From a candidate division WOR-3 bacterium (GTDB taxonomy: Bacteria > Hydrothermota > Tepidihabitantia > SM23-42 > JAOAFX01): a stretch of 64,000 bases of DNA. Both the position numbers and the translations under genes were made by a program. The stretch is taken from contig JBDRWD010000001.1 of NCBI GenBank assembly GCA_039802205.1, positions 13,658 through 77,657 on the forward strand, read 5' to 3'. The notes below the pieces were generated by a model, which saw only the letters and a list, made by a program, of their open reading frames with translations, was not told where the DNA came from and ran no database searches. Positions 20,166-29,611 of this stretch are shown here, in pieces; the stretch's first letter is position 1, and each line of letters begins with the position of its first letter.

Positions 20166-20354
20166 TCATTTTTTCTTTGCAATATACTTTTTTCCACATA
20201 CCGGACAGAACTGCGCCATCGGATGTCGGATAGAAGAACCACAATGGGGGCAGGAATCTATCAACCTGGTTTTGCAACTCGGACAGAACCGTTCATGCTT
20301 ATCAACCGTTGAAAACCCACACCTTGGACAGATATAAATTCCATTTTTCTTCAC
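20166..20354 (-). CDS. double zinc-ribbon small protein (62 aa)
   Basis: Four CxxC pairs (CPRCG…CPSCK…CPHCG…CPVCG). Lies between the STAND regulator gene and the BNR cargo gene on the same strand. Confidence 0.45.
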   Translation of the reverse strand: MKKNGIYICPRCGFSTVDKHERFCPSCKTRLIDSCPHCGSSIRHPMAQFCPVCGKKYIAKKK

Positions 20355-20392
20355 TTAATATTATATTTATAACCTATTAGGAAGTCTATTAG

Positions 20393-23300
20393 TCATTTTC
20401 CTTTAATCTCTTCATATAGTTTTATTGTTTCTTCTGAAGGTTGACAGTTATACTCTCTTTTAAAAAGATCCGCGCATTTCTTATATTGCTCTATTGCCTT
20501 CGATTTTTCATTGTTGAGAAGATATGTCTTCATTAAAAACCTATGTGCCTCCTCATCAAGCGGGTCTAAAATTAAAACTTTTTGTAGATTTTCAATTACC
20601 TCTTCAAATTTCAGCTTTTTTAGATAGATTTCGGATAATAAAAAGAGCGCCTGGCGATATTGGCGATTTATCTTTTCGCGTAGTTCTTCAACCCATCGTC
20701 CATAACAATCCTCAAGAAAGGTGCCTTTATAAAGTTTTAATGCATCCTTTAATTTCTCTTCGGCAATGTGAATCTTACCCTGCGAATATAAAATTTTAGC
20801 ATCATTTAACAAGCCAGAAAACTCAATTGCATCAATCCATACATTATCAAGGAAATAAACACCATCTTCATAACAAAAGTAATCCTTTCCTATTATTTTC
20901 TTTAACTCAGAAAGATATACATGAAAGTTGTTTGTAACCTGCTTTTTAGAAAATTCAGGCCACAAGAATATTCCGATTTCGTCCCGGGTTAATCTTTTTC
21001 CTTCAATTTTTGATATTAATAAAATAGAAAAGAAATCTCTCAATTTCTGCCAGTTTAGAAGTTTTATAGAGAGATCCTCCGAATTTAATTTTTGAATATC
21101 CATCCGGCCGAATGTAAATATTCTCAAAATCGGTGGGTTTATCTTTTTAGTATCAGGTTCTAATTTTCCCACCCAGCCCAACATTTTAAATTTTTGGACA
21201 ATAAATTTCAATTTTCTCAAGTGCTCCCTTCTATAAGGATTATTTTTTAACAATTTAGAGCAGAAATATAACATAAAGACTAATTCCGAATAATCTTTTT
21301 GCTCTTCGGCAAGGATTAATGATTTTTTTATTAATGCATTTCTGGTTTCTTTTTTGTTATTTAAGCAAGCAATACCCGCGATTAAATAATAGAGTGGATG
21401 TTCATTATATTTTTTACCGAATACCTTTTTAATATCTTCAAATAATGTTTTTATTTCATCTACCTTGTTAAGAACTGACAGAATTAAACCTTCGTATACC
21501 ATCAGGGTAAATTGGAGGTTCTGATTATGCATTCCTTTAGCAAGTTCAATGCCTTCCTTAAATAGCTTTAATGCCCGTTCGTATTCGCCTATAAAAAACA
21601 AAGCAATACTGTAATATTTTAATAACCAGATTAGGTCTGATTGGTTATTTGTCTCCTGGCATAATTTAATACCTTTTTGGAATTCTTCAACCGCTTGATT
21701 AAAATACCCCTGGAATAGATAGCAGGCACCAAGATTAAGACAAGCCATTATCTGTTCCCTAATCATTCCACTCTTAATACTATAGTTCCGATGTTGCAGC
21801 AGATATTTTACACCTTCTTCAAAATCACAATTATTGATATAAGAAATTCCAAGATTTCCTTGGGCTGATGCGACGAGAGAAGGACTACCTATCTTTTCTG
21901 CAATCTGTAAGGCCAGCATCCGGTATTCAATCGCCTTATTATATTCACTACGAGTGTTAAAGATTGAGCCTAAAAGATTGTAGATATAGTATTGCGAAAT
22001 AAGAGGAGTTTTTTTCTCTATTTTGTTTTTCAATGTAAGTCCTATGTCAAGTGCACTATCTAACTCACCAAGATACTTTAACGCAAACGCCTTATTGGTC
22101 ATAATATCAAAAACTAAATCACTATAGGCATCCAATTTTAATTTCTTTATTTGGGCTAATATTTCATCGGATCTCCTTATTGCTTCATTATATTTTCCTG
22201 CTCGGACCAATCCATTGATAAGAATTGAATATACTTCTAAGAACCGTCTTTTTACTGGTATTTTTGCATCCTTGTAGAGTTTTAAATATTTTTCTGCCAA
22301 TTCTATGGCATCATTGTATATACCGATTTTTAGTTTAATATGAGAGTAATGTGCGATAATATCCAATAATTTTTTGATTGAAAATTTTTTTATCTTTTCT
22401 GCAATATTTAAGCCCTGCCCTAAAAATTTTCCCGCGCGTGTGAAATCTCTTAAGTTTTCAGAAATTTTAGCATTGTGCAACAGATAATCTACCATCCAAA
22501 CTTTGTAAATTCCTGCTTTATCAAAATGTAACAGCGCATTATATTTGTCATTTTTCTTCGCAAAAAATTCGCCCATTTTTTTATGTAAAGTGAGTTTTCT
22601 ATTTTCAGGAATATTGTCATAAATTACCTCTCTGATAATAGGATGACTGAAAACATAATTTTCTTGCTCTTTTCTTATGAGACCCCTGCGTGTTAGGTCA
22701 TTTAAAAGATTAATCTTCAATTTTAAAATGGACGAATTAAATCGTTCGCCAACAACAGAAGCAGTCTCAAGAAATTCAATCTGTTTTTTACTCAATCCTG
22801 CAAATCTTATTTTCAAAATATCGGGTATACCTTTAAAAACTGGTATTTTTTCGTAATTTGGTATGGTGCACCATCTTTCTTCTAACTCATTATAATAAAT
22901 AACACCCTTTTCTAAGAGGGTCAACAAATATTCTTTAAGAAAGAGGGGATTACCGTCTGTTCGAGTAAACAGCCAATCAAAAAATTTCCCTTCTAAATTG
23001 TTGGCAAAAATGATTTCATTTAAATGTAATATCTCATCTTTACCAATATTTCCGAGCGTAATTTTTATTAGATTTTTTGATTGTAATTTATATATAATTT
23101 TAGCATTGTCTGAAGTCAAGATCATTAAAATTGGCAACCCATCCAAACGATTTATGAGTTGATTCAATAAAATAAAGACATCTTCTTCAGCATTTTGAAT
23201 TTCTTCTAAAATAAAAATAATGAAAGAGAATCGGGAAAGTTTTTCTATGAATTCGATGAAATGGTGAGACATTTCTGAGAAATCAGTTTTTTTAGACACA

Positions 23301-23680
23301 GGTTCATACGGAAAATAAACTTTTAATGAAGGTATCACCTCCGAATAATTATTATAAATTTCCCGACCAATAACCTGGACGATTTCCCTTATTTGACGTC
23401 CTGCTCTATTTAGGTAATTATTTATAATTTCCGTGAATAATAAATTTGCCGAAGTTCGGGGTTGTAATACGATATTAAAAGTAATCGGGGCATACTGAAT
23501 GTTTTTTAAAAATTCCACCACCAATCTGGTTTTGCCAATACCGGGCTCACCACTAATAACAACACATTTTCCCTGGTAATTAAAAGCCGATTGCAGATTT
23601 TCCTGCAAAATTTTTAACTCGTTGTTTCTGCCAATAAAAGGAAGTTCTGAAAAATTTTTACTTTTATTGGAGAACATCAT
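20393..23680 (-). CDS. STAND-type signal-transduction ATPase with domain order AAA(AAA_16-like)-TPR-wHTH-BTAD, the reverse of SARP/AfsR regulators
   Basis: N-terminal Walker A (VISGEPGIGKTRL) with a Walker B/hhhhE-like stretch. A long TPR array. A C-terminal OmpR-like start (ILRIFTFGRMDIQ) followed by a BTAD-like helical region (…ALKLYKGTFLEDCYGRWVEELREKINRQYRQA…LDPLDEEAHRFLMKTYLLNNEKSKAIEQYKKCADLFKREYNCQPSEETIKLYEEI). Confidence 0.7.
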   Translation of the reverse strand: MMFSNKSKNFSELPFIGRNNELKILQENLQSAFNYQGKCVVISGEPGIGKTRLVVEFLKNIQYAPITFNIVLQPRTSANLLFTEIINNYLNRAGRQIREIVQVIGREIYNNYSEVIPSLKVYFPYEPVSKKTDFSEMSHHFIEFIEKLSRFSFIIFILEEIQNAEEDVFILLNQLINRLDGLPILMILTSDNAKIIYKLQSKNLIKITLGNIGKDEILHLNEIIFANNLEGKFFDWLFTRTDGNPLFLKEYLLTLLEKGVIYYNELEERWCTIPNYEKIPVFKGIPDILKIRFAGLSKKQIEFLETASVVGERFNSSILKLKINLLNDLTRRGLIRKEQENYVFSHPIIREVIYDNIPENRKLTLHKKMGEFFAKKNDKYNALLHFDKAGIYKVWMVDYLLHNAKISENLRDFTRAGKFLGQGLNIAEKIKKFSIKKLLDIIAHYSHIKLKIGIYNDAIELAEKYLKLYKDAKIPVKRRFLEVYSILINGLVRAGKYNEAIRRSDEILAQIKKLKLDAYSDLVFDIMTNKAFALKYLGELDSALDIGLTLKNKIEKKTPLISQYYIYNLLGSIFNTRSEYNKAIEYRMLALQIAEKIGSPSLVASAQGNLGISYINNCDFEEGVKYLLQHRNYSIKSGMIREQIMACLNLGACYLFQGYFNQAVEEFQKGIKLCQETNNQSDLIWLLKYYSIALFFIGEYERALKLFKEGIELAKGMHNQNLQFTLMVYEGLILSVLNKVDEIKTLFEDIKKVFGKKYNEHPLYYLIAGIACLNNKKETRNALIKKSLILAEEQKDYSELVFMLYFCSKLLKNNPYRREHLRKLKFIVQKFKMLGWVGKLEPDTKKINPPILRIFTFGRMDIQKLNSEDLSIKLLNWQKLRDFFSILLISKIEGKRLTRDEIGIFLWPEFSKKQVTNNFHVYLSELKKIIGKDYFCYEDGVYFLDNVWIDAIEFSGLLNDAKILYSQGKIHIAEEKLKDALKLYKGTFLEDCYGRWVEELREKINRQYRQALFLLSEIYLKKLKFEEVIENLQKVLILDPLDEEAHRFLMKTYLLNNEKSKAIEQYKKCADLFKREYNCQPSEETIKLYEEIKGK

Positions 23681-23813
23681 TTTTGCCTGTATTATTATAC
23701 AAATTTATATTAATTTGTCAAGAAAAATAAAAACTATGCCTTCTCCATTTTTATTGGGTGCTTTCTTTAGGGTAAATAGATTCGTAATGACATTACTTGA
23801 TCTGCATCGGATT

Positions 23814-23944
23814 CTGTAGGGGCAGAGTTTACTCTGCAAGAATCAAGGTTGAGCGAGCTCAACCACTACAGGAAAAATGATTGATTGTAGTGGCAGACCT
23901 CGGTCTGCAGATATCTAAAAAACCGAGTAAACTCGGCCACTACA
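23814..23944. repeat. Two tandem cloverleaf-type palindromic elements (E1 23814-23870, E2 23885-23944) between the C25 peptidase 3' end and the STAND regulator 5' end
   Basis: E1 has outer stem TGTAG…CTACA with hairpins GCAGAGT-TTA-ACTCTGC and GGTTGAGC…GCTCAACC. E2 has outer stem TGTAGTGGC…GCCACTACA with hairpins GCAGAC-CTCG-GTCTGC and CCGAG-TAAA-CTCGG. The E1 hairpin core GAGTTTACTC is the reverse complement of the E2 core GAGTAAACTC. Confidence 0.55.
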
Positions 23945-23959
23945 CGCTTTGCGAATTTA

Positions 23960-26839
23960 CTACCTGATAATCGTCATTATTTTGCTAATGGTCGTTTCCG
24001 AAGATTCCAATCGCACAAAATAGATACCGCTTGGCAATTCATTGTTCATTAATTTAATGGTATGTTTTCCAGCCGGAATAACCTCATCGATTACATTCTT
24101 TATCAACCGTCCAGTTATATCGTAAAGCGAAATTTTGATTCTGTCTTCTTCTTTATTCGTATATGTAAGAGATGCCCATTCAGAACTGGGATTGGGTGTA
24201 ATAATGAACGAAATATTTTTGGATTGTTCTGATTCATTTTCACCTATTCCAATCTGCCAATCATTTCGGTCAAAATAAACTCCGCCATAGACCGGTGAAT
24301 AACTCACATAGACACTTCCATAAACTCCATTGCCTAGGTATTCAATTGATGGTTTTACAGCGTTTCTTGGACGATAATCACCAAATTGCACGGGTGTTGA
24401 CCAGGAACCGTAATAATCACGCCAGGTATAACGGAATCTGCAGCTTGAACCGTCTCCATAAGCATAGATTATTGCCTGACCTCCATTCATCTTCGCAGTT
24501 ATATCAGGGCAGCAAGCAGAAATGGTTGTATCTTCTCCACCCGGAATTCCCCAGTACCAGGATGCACCACCATCATAAGAAGTTTCATATTTGCAGTAAT
24601 AAGGGACCGCAGCACCGGTGCATTCAAAAACAACCAGGATTGTATCTTTATAGGCACCGATTGCAGTGAATTGTGAATTTGCACCAGCAGATAAACTCAA
24701 TACTTTTATGTTAGCACTGTAACGGTAATAATTCGCCTTGGTCACAGTTATTACGACCGTGCCTGAATACTGTGGGGTAATCGGAATGTTTACTGGTGCA
24801 CCCGTAGCAAGTGCCGCACCAATAATCTCTCCATTGGCAGTTAGTGCAATCACTGACCCACTCGTTGCAGTAACTGTGAAATATGTCTGACCCGGTTCAA
24901 TTGTCATTGGATGGTTTACAGTCAGACGTAATGGCGTTCTTGAATAGAGTGTAATAAAACAATCACCGAAATGGTGAAATTCACGCCAGACAAGGCTTTT
25001 GCTTTGTGGGTTTCCAGGCCAGGATGAGGCAGAGAGATAATATTTCCCCGAGGTCATTGCCAGACAAGGTCTCAGGTCACTTGAACCGATTATCCTACCA
25101 AATGTTGGATAACCAGGGTCAAACTGTGGCCAGAGACAATCATAGATTCCCCAGATATATGCGTCATTGCAGAATGATGGGCTTACTGTAGAAGCACAAT
25201 TAACACCCAATGCGCCACACTTTCTACGATGGAATTTTTCAGAAAAGCACTCATAACTCCACTGATAGCGCCCGGTCAAACAATTTGTTGAATAAACAAA
25301 AGGGGGAAGTTGGTTTGTAAGACCATCAAGGTCACTGTTTGTAAAAGAAGGATGTTGCCACCCGAATTCATAACCATGGTCGCGGTGTTGAACCAGAAAT
25401 GCACCGGAATTTATTGCATTTCTTATTCCGATATTATTGCCATTGCTCCACCAGGTTGAATCGTGCTGATTTAGCGTGTCATCAAGCCATCCGACATTAT
25501 ACCAGTATTGAACAACTGAACGTGTGTTTGTCGCAGTTGACCAAGCACAACCTATACTCGGCGAACCACCCGAAACTGTATATTGGCGATTTGGTGATTT
25601 GCCAAGATTGTGGATAAAAAATCCTCGAATTACCTCAGAACACAGTTGGAACCATCGGTCTGTTTCCCAGGAACAGGCGACAAGGGGGTTATTATAGAAA
25701 TTTGTAGAAGTTGGTGGATTTCGTTCATAATTAAGAAATTTATGTATTATTGTATCCAATTGGGCATTATTCTGGGCACAGATACGGCCAATGTGCAATT
25801 CAGGCAATGTATCATTATTGAAATCTACATACCAGTTATCAGAGACACCATCAGGGTAGGGTGGAAGAGCAAAACTCGGTGATGTTATTCCATATACCCT
25901 TCCAGACGATGGATAATCAGATAAAAACAAGACCGCAACTGGCGCTGGATTCCAGGTGTTATAGGCATTCCGCAGAAAATTTTTAATGCTTGCCGAATCA
26001 GAACCGCCGACTTCGCTCAGGGTATACACTTCAGTAGATATGCCCTGGAGTTTACGCCATCTCTTTATTGTATCTGCCCAGGCTTCAAATGTTGCATCGT
26101 TGGGAACAATTATGATATATTCATAACCAGCACGGCTATTAATTCTTTCGGGTGAATAGAAATCAATCTTTGGCAGTGAATTATAATTCAGAATATGATT
26201 TTCAAGTATGGGCTCCCAGAATCTGCTGCGAAGACGGTCTTCGCCAAAATGTCCTGTGCCACCGATAAAATCAATCTTTATTTTGATGTCTTTATATACA
26301 ATCAAATCTTTTGTCACCGGGTTATACTGAAATGGTGTAACACCAAGTAATACAACATCAACCCCTCTGATCTCCCGAATAGGGGAGAGGCAGACCGGAC
26401 TATTCGGGTAATACTCATTTTTGCTATAGATATTCATATCTTTGACATAACGCATTGGTTTATTATCACTATCCATAGGGATATTAGGCGCTGGTGTCAC
26501 TTCAATATTATAAAATGTGTCGGTTCGTGTTTCAAGGATGGTCAATTTTGGAGTAGAACCTTCTGGTATTGCGATATATCTTCCAGTTCCGAGAATATTA
26601 GGTGCGCCTTCTTTATTTGGTAAAAAGAATCCTGGCACACTAAATGTTTTAGTTATTACACCATCAACCTCTTTTTCTTCTATCACCATTTCATGCATAC
26701 TGAAGATTATCTCAACCCCCTGGGGAGTCTCTTTGATTAAGTTGAATAGTGGATACCTTCCCCAGTTGTCTTTAATCTTTATCACCTCACCAGAGTTAAT
26801 GCTAATGATTGACATAATTATTATCGCAATTCTATTCAT
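23960..26839 (-). CDS. secreted gingipain-like cysteine peptidase (peptidase C25 family) with a BNR/ACCPD accessory domain and a T9SS C-terminal sorting domain
   Basis: C25-like core (…YEYIIIVPNDATFEAWADTIKRWRKLQGISTEVYTL…VAVLFLSDYP…). Candidate catalytic dyad His (LVQHRDHGYEFGW) and Cys (VYSTNCLTGRY). C-terminal …PNPSSEWASLTY…ISLYDITGRLI…SGIYFVRLESSETTISKIMTIIR. Confidence 0.6.
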   Translation of the reverse strand: MNRIAIIIMSIISINSGEVIKIKDNWGRYPLFNLIKETPQGVEIIFSMHEMVIEEKEVDGVITKTFSVPGFFLPNKEGAPNILGTGRYIAIPEGSTPKLTILETRTDTFYNIEVTPAPNIPMDSDNKPMRYVKDMNIYSKNEYYPNSPVCLSPIREIRGVDVVLLGVTPFQYNPVTKDLIVYKDIKIKIDFIGGTGHFGEDRLRSRFWEPILENHILNYNSLPKIDFYSPERINSRAGYEYIIIVPNDATFEAWADTIKRWRKLQGISTEVYTLSEVGGSDSASIKNFLRNAYNTWNPAPVAVLFLSDYPSSGRVYGITSPSFALPPYPDGVSDNWYVDFNNDTLPELHIGRICAQNNAQLDTIIHKFLNYERNPPTSTNFYNNPLVACSWETDRWFQLCSEVIRGFFIHNLGKSPNRQYTVSGGSPSIGCAWSTATNTRSVVQYWYNVGWLDDTLNQHDSTWWSNGNNIGIRNAINSGAFLVQHRDHGYEFGWQHPSFTNSDLDGLTNQLPPFVYSTNCLTGRYQWSYECFSEKFHRRKCGALGVNCASTVSPSFCNDAYIWGIYDCLWPQFDPGYPTFGRIIGSSDLRPCLAMTSGKYYLSASSWPGNPQSKSLVWREFHHFGDCFITLYSRTPLRLTVNHPMTIEPGQTYFTVTATSGSVIALTANGEIIGAALATGAPVNIPITPQYSGTVVITVTKANYYRYSANIKVLSLSAGANSQFTAIGAYKDTILVVFECTGAAVPYYCKYETSYDGGASWYWGIPGGEDTTISACCPDITAKMNGGQAIIYAYGDGSSCRFRYTWRDYYGSWSTPVQFGDYRPRNAVKPSIEYLGNGVYGSVYVSYSPVYGGVYFDRNDWQIGIGENESEQSKNISFIITPNPSSEWASLTYTNKEEDRIKISLYDITGRLIKNVIDEVIPAGKHTIKLMNNELPSGIYFVRLESSETTISKIMTIIR

Positions 26840-27860
26840 CTTTACCTCCCGAATTTATAATCAGTTCATTGTTAGAGATGGACTCAAATAAGCCATAGCC
26901 TAATCCGTAAATTCTGAGTCGGTGGTTAAAATCTATGTATGAGATAAGCATCCAGTAATGAGAGAAACCAACATTCTTGCAGATATCAATACCACGGTCA
27001 GCATCAGCGATACCGGTGGCAATTGAACTCCAGGATATTGCCTCAGGGTCATCCCAGAGCAGGCGCAAAACTCCGTCGTTTATGATCGCCCCACAATAGA
27101 GTCTGGTATTTGTGTCGTCCTGGTCACCGATCAATACTATTTCATCAATTGAATCCGGTGATGTTACGGAAAAAACCTCTACATAGTACGAGCCATTACT
27201 AAAACTATCCCTCTGGGCATCGGTTGCCCGGAAACGGTATAGATATGCCTGATTCTGGGCAGCGGGTCTTGAGAAACATACATAGCAATGATTTGCAACG
27301 ATTGCCGCACTCAATGTCTTTATACGATATGAATATGTATAATAGTAGCGTTCATACCAGGTATAACCACCATTGGTTGAGTAATTAACAGACCAGCCTG
27401 AATTAGAACCATCCCGACAGAGTGCGATTACAAACAAATTTCCGGTAGCACGATGAACATCGAATGCTACCGCATATACCGAATCGCGGTTTCCGATTCT
27501 TACATCCTGTGCCCAGCGATTATCCGATTTTGTTTTTATTGGTTCTTTCCAGTGAATTTCTAATCCGAGGTCTTTAGTAGTGATGAATGGTTCGATTTTA
27601 GAAAATTGGTTAATTGCTGATTCATAATTTCCACTATTCCAGAGTTCTTCAATGGTTTTTATGAGTAGCTTTGTTCCATACGATTCATCAGATTCAAATA
27701 GAAACTTAATCTCGGAATTATTCCTTTCTTCATCATTCATTCGCTCCAGAGTTTTATAAATATGTTCAACACAATTTTCTCCGTTAGCAAACAGCACTTT
27801 CAGGGCGAAGAAAACTAACAAGAAAATATAACTCAAGTTTGTAATTTTGGTGATAATCAT
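26832..27860 (-). CDS. secreted BNR/Asp-box protein; paralog of the N-terminal half of the 27905..29407 product, with no CTD
   Basis: Signal peptide. W(A/G)xDVRIGN/D motif and an Asp-box (STNGGYTW). Homology extends over about 230 aa to the neighbouring gene. The 3' end overlaps the C25 gene start by 8 nt. Confidence 0.55.
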   Translation of the reverse strand: MIITKITNLSYIFLLVFFALKVLFANGENCVEHIYKTLERMNDEERNNSEIKFLFESDESYGTKLLIKTIEELWNSGNYESAINQFSKIEPFITTKDLGLEIHWKEPIKTKSDNRWAQDVRIGNRDSVYAVAFDVHRATGNLFVIALCRDGSNSGWSVNYSTNGGYTWYERYYYTYSYRIKTLSAAIVANHCYVCFSRPAAQNQAYLYRFRATDAQRDSFSNGSYYVEVFSVTSPDSIDEIVLIGDQDDTNTRLYCGAIINDGVLRLLWDDPEAISWSSIATGIADADRGIDICKNVGFSHYWMLISYIDFNHRLRIYGLGYGLFESISNNELIINSGGKDE

Positions 27861-27904
27861 ATTCCACCTCGGTTATTTAACAAACCTAAAATTTGTTGTA
27901 TTGT

Positions 27905-29407
27905 TCATTTTTGAATTATAGCAATCGTTTTTGTTAATGTTCCTTCAGGTGTTTCCATTTTAACAAGGTAGATACCATCCGCCAGTTCTTTTCCATTTAG
28001 CGTTATTGCGTGGGCGCCAGCATGTTTTCTTTCGTTTACAATAGTTCTTACTAATCTACCGGATATATCATAAAGTGAAAGTTTAACATTTCCCGTTTTC
28101 TTAATTGAAAAAGAAATGTTTGTTATGCCATTTGAAGGATTGGGTGAAATCTTGATTTTATCCGATTTTGCACTATAGATTTCATTCTCTGCAATTCCTG
28201 CCCAGTCATTACGGTCAAAGTATGCCGCACCATAGATTGGAGAGTAACTCACATAAATACAACCATAGATATCATTGCCAAGATATTCAATCGCGGGCTT
28301 TATATTGTTTGGTGGTTGGTAGTCACCAAACTGCACCGGTGTTGTCCAGGAACCATAATAATCGCACCAGGTATATCGGAATCTGCGGCTACCACTTGTT
28401 CCATAGGCGTATGCGATACCTTCGCCACCATTGTCTCGTGCGGCAACATCAGGACAACAGGCAGCGGTAGTGGTGTCAGTCAGATTGTAATAAAACCAGG
28501 TATTGCCACCATTATAGGATGCTCCATACTGGATGTAATATGCTACTGCATAGCCACTCCTTTCGTAAACCGTTATTGCTGTATCATGATATGCGCCAAT
28601 CGAAGTAAATCGCGAATTCGGACCCGCAAAAATTGTGGAAAGGCCGGTTCGGTTGCCGTAATAGTCAAACCCATCAATTTGCAGATAGTCATTGTTCTTG
28701 ATATAAGAGGCGAAGGCATAATAATTGGAATATCCTTCATTGGTGCAGGCATCAAGCCCCCGACTGGCATTTGTAACGCCGGTTGAGATTTCATACCAGT
28801 TCACACCCGCAGTGTCACTGTAGAAATATTTTAAGGAGCCATTTTTAGTTATAGCAAATAGATTCTGGTATTGATCATCGAAGTCGTGGTCGCTGACCAG
28901 TGCTATTTCTTTAATAGTATCAACGGGATTTGTGACGACCAAGTCTATATATTGAGCACCGTTATTAAAGTTAACCTGTGCACCATCAGATACACGAAAT
29001 CTAAAAAACCGTACCACATGTGGCGTCCAACTATTCGCGGCAAGATAGTAATGATTACCTGTAGTAGTGAGGCTGAGTTTCGGATTCGGCAGAATTCCAT
29101 TTGCAACAAATGGGTTAGCTTTATAAATCCACGATGCACCTCTATTTGTTGAAAAATACATGTTGATTGAGGTTTGATTACTGAAGTAGTAGTAACACGC
29201 AGCCATGATATGTGAAGTTGGTCTATGTATGTCAAGGGAAACGCAACAGAGAGAGTCTATATCACCTATGCGCACATCATTTCCCCATCGGTCCTCAAGC
29301 GGAACAGGATGTGGTTGGTCATATTCTGTTGGTTCATTTGATTCTGCTCGGGCAGTTACAAAAAATCCCGACAGAAAAATTATTGTACAGATTTTTTTGT
29401 TATTCAT
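27905..29407 (-). CDS. secreted BNR/Asp-box protein with the conserved ACCPD domain and a T9SS C-terminal sorting domain
   Basis: Signal peptide (MNNKKICTIIFLSGFFVTARA). Asp-boxes (STNRGASW, SYNGGNTW). A roughly 150-aa block nearly identical in pattern to the C25 protein (FTSIGAYHDT…ACCPD…RFRYTW.DYYGSW.TPVQFGDY…FDRNDW). CTD …ISPNPSNG…LSLYDISGRLV…DGIYLVKMETPEGTLTKTIAIIQK. Confidence 0.65.
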   Translation of the reverse strand: MNNKKICTIIFLSGFFVTARAESNEPTEYDQPHPVPLEDRWGNDVRIGDIDSLCCVSLDIHRPTSHIMAACYYYFSNQTSINMYFSTNRGASWIYKANPFVANGILPNPKLSLTTTGNHYYLAANSWTPHVVRFFRFRVSDGAQVNFNNGAQYIDLVVTNPVDTIKEIALVSDHDFDDQYQNLFAITKNGSLKYFYSDTAGVNWYEISTGVTNASRGLDACTNEGYSNYYAFASYIKNNDYLQIDGFDYYGNRTGLSTIFAGPNSRFTSIGAYHDTAITVYERSGYAVAYYIQYGASYNGGNTWFYYNLTDTTTAACCPDVAARDNGGEGIAYAYGTSGSRRFRYTWCDYYGSWTTPVQFGDYQPPNNIKPAIEYLGNDIYGCIYVSYSPIYGAAYFDRNDWAGIAENEIYSAKSDKIKISPNPSNGITNISFSIKKTGNVKLSLYDISGRLVRTIVNERKHAGAHAITLNGKELADGIYLVKMETPEGTLTKTIAIIQK

Positions 29408-29611
29408 TTTTCCTCCTCATATATTTTAACCCTCTCCCACCATAGGAGAGTGAAATATTTGGGGGCATTGTTTTTTCACCCTCACCTTTATCTTCTCTTC
29501 TCAAGGGAGAGGACATAATAATAAAGGTGCAATATATCCAGCATCCCAACCCAAACCTATCAACCATATTTTTTAGGTATTTAAGCATTTTGAACCTTTA
29601 GGTATTTTATA

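Noticed and set aside
19867-20337. Overlapping plus-strand ORFs (156, 68 and 70 aa) across the spacer between the Zn-ribbon gene and the BNR cargo gene
   Set aside because: They are low-complexity, mutually overlapping, and antisense to or overlapping real minus-strand genes and their RBS. They are ORF-finder artefacts in AT-rich DNA.
26832-26839. Possibility that 26832-27860 and 23960-26839 are two halves of one frameshifted gene
   Set aside because: The downstream ORF begins with its own plausible signal peptide (MNRIAIIIMSIIS…). The two are in different frames with a standard 8-nt overlap. I treat them as separate genes, although a sequencing frameshift cannot be excluded.
28316-28786. 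156-aa antisense ORF inside the BNR cargo gene, and similar ORFs elsewhere such as 47504-48067 and 33092-33544
   Set aside because: These are shadow ORFs wholly embedded in well-supported genes on the opposite strand. They have biased composition and no start-site signals.
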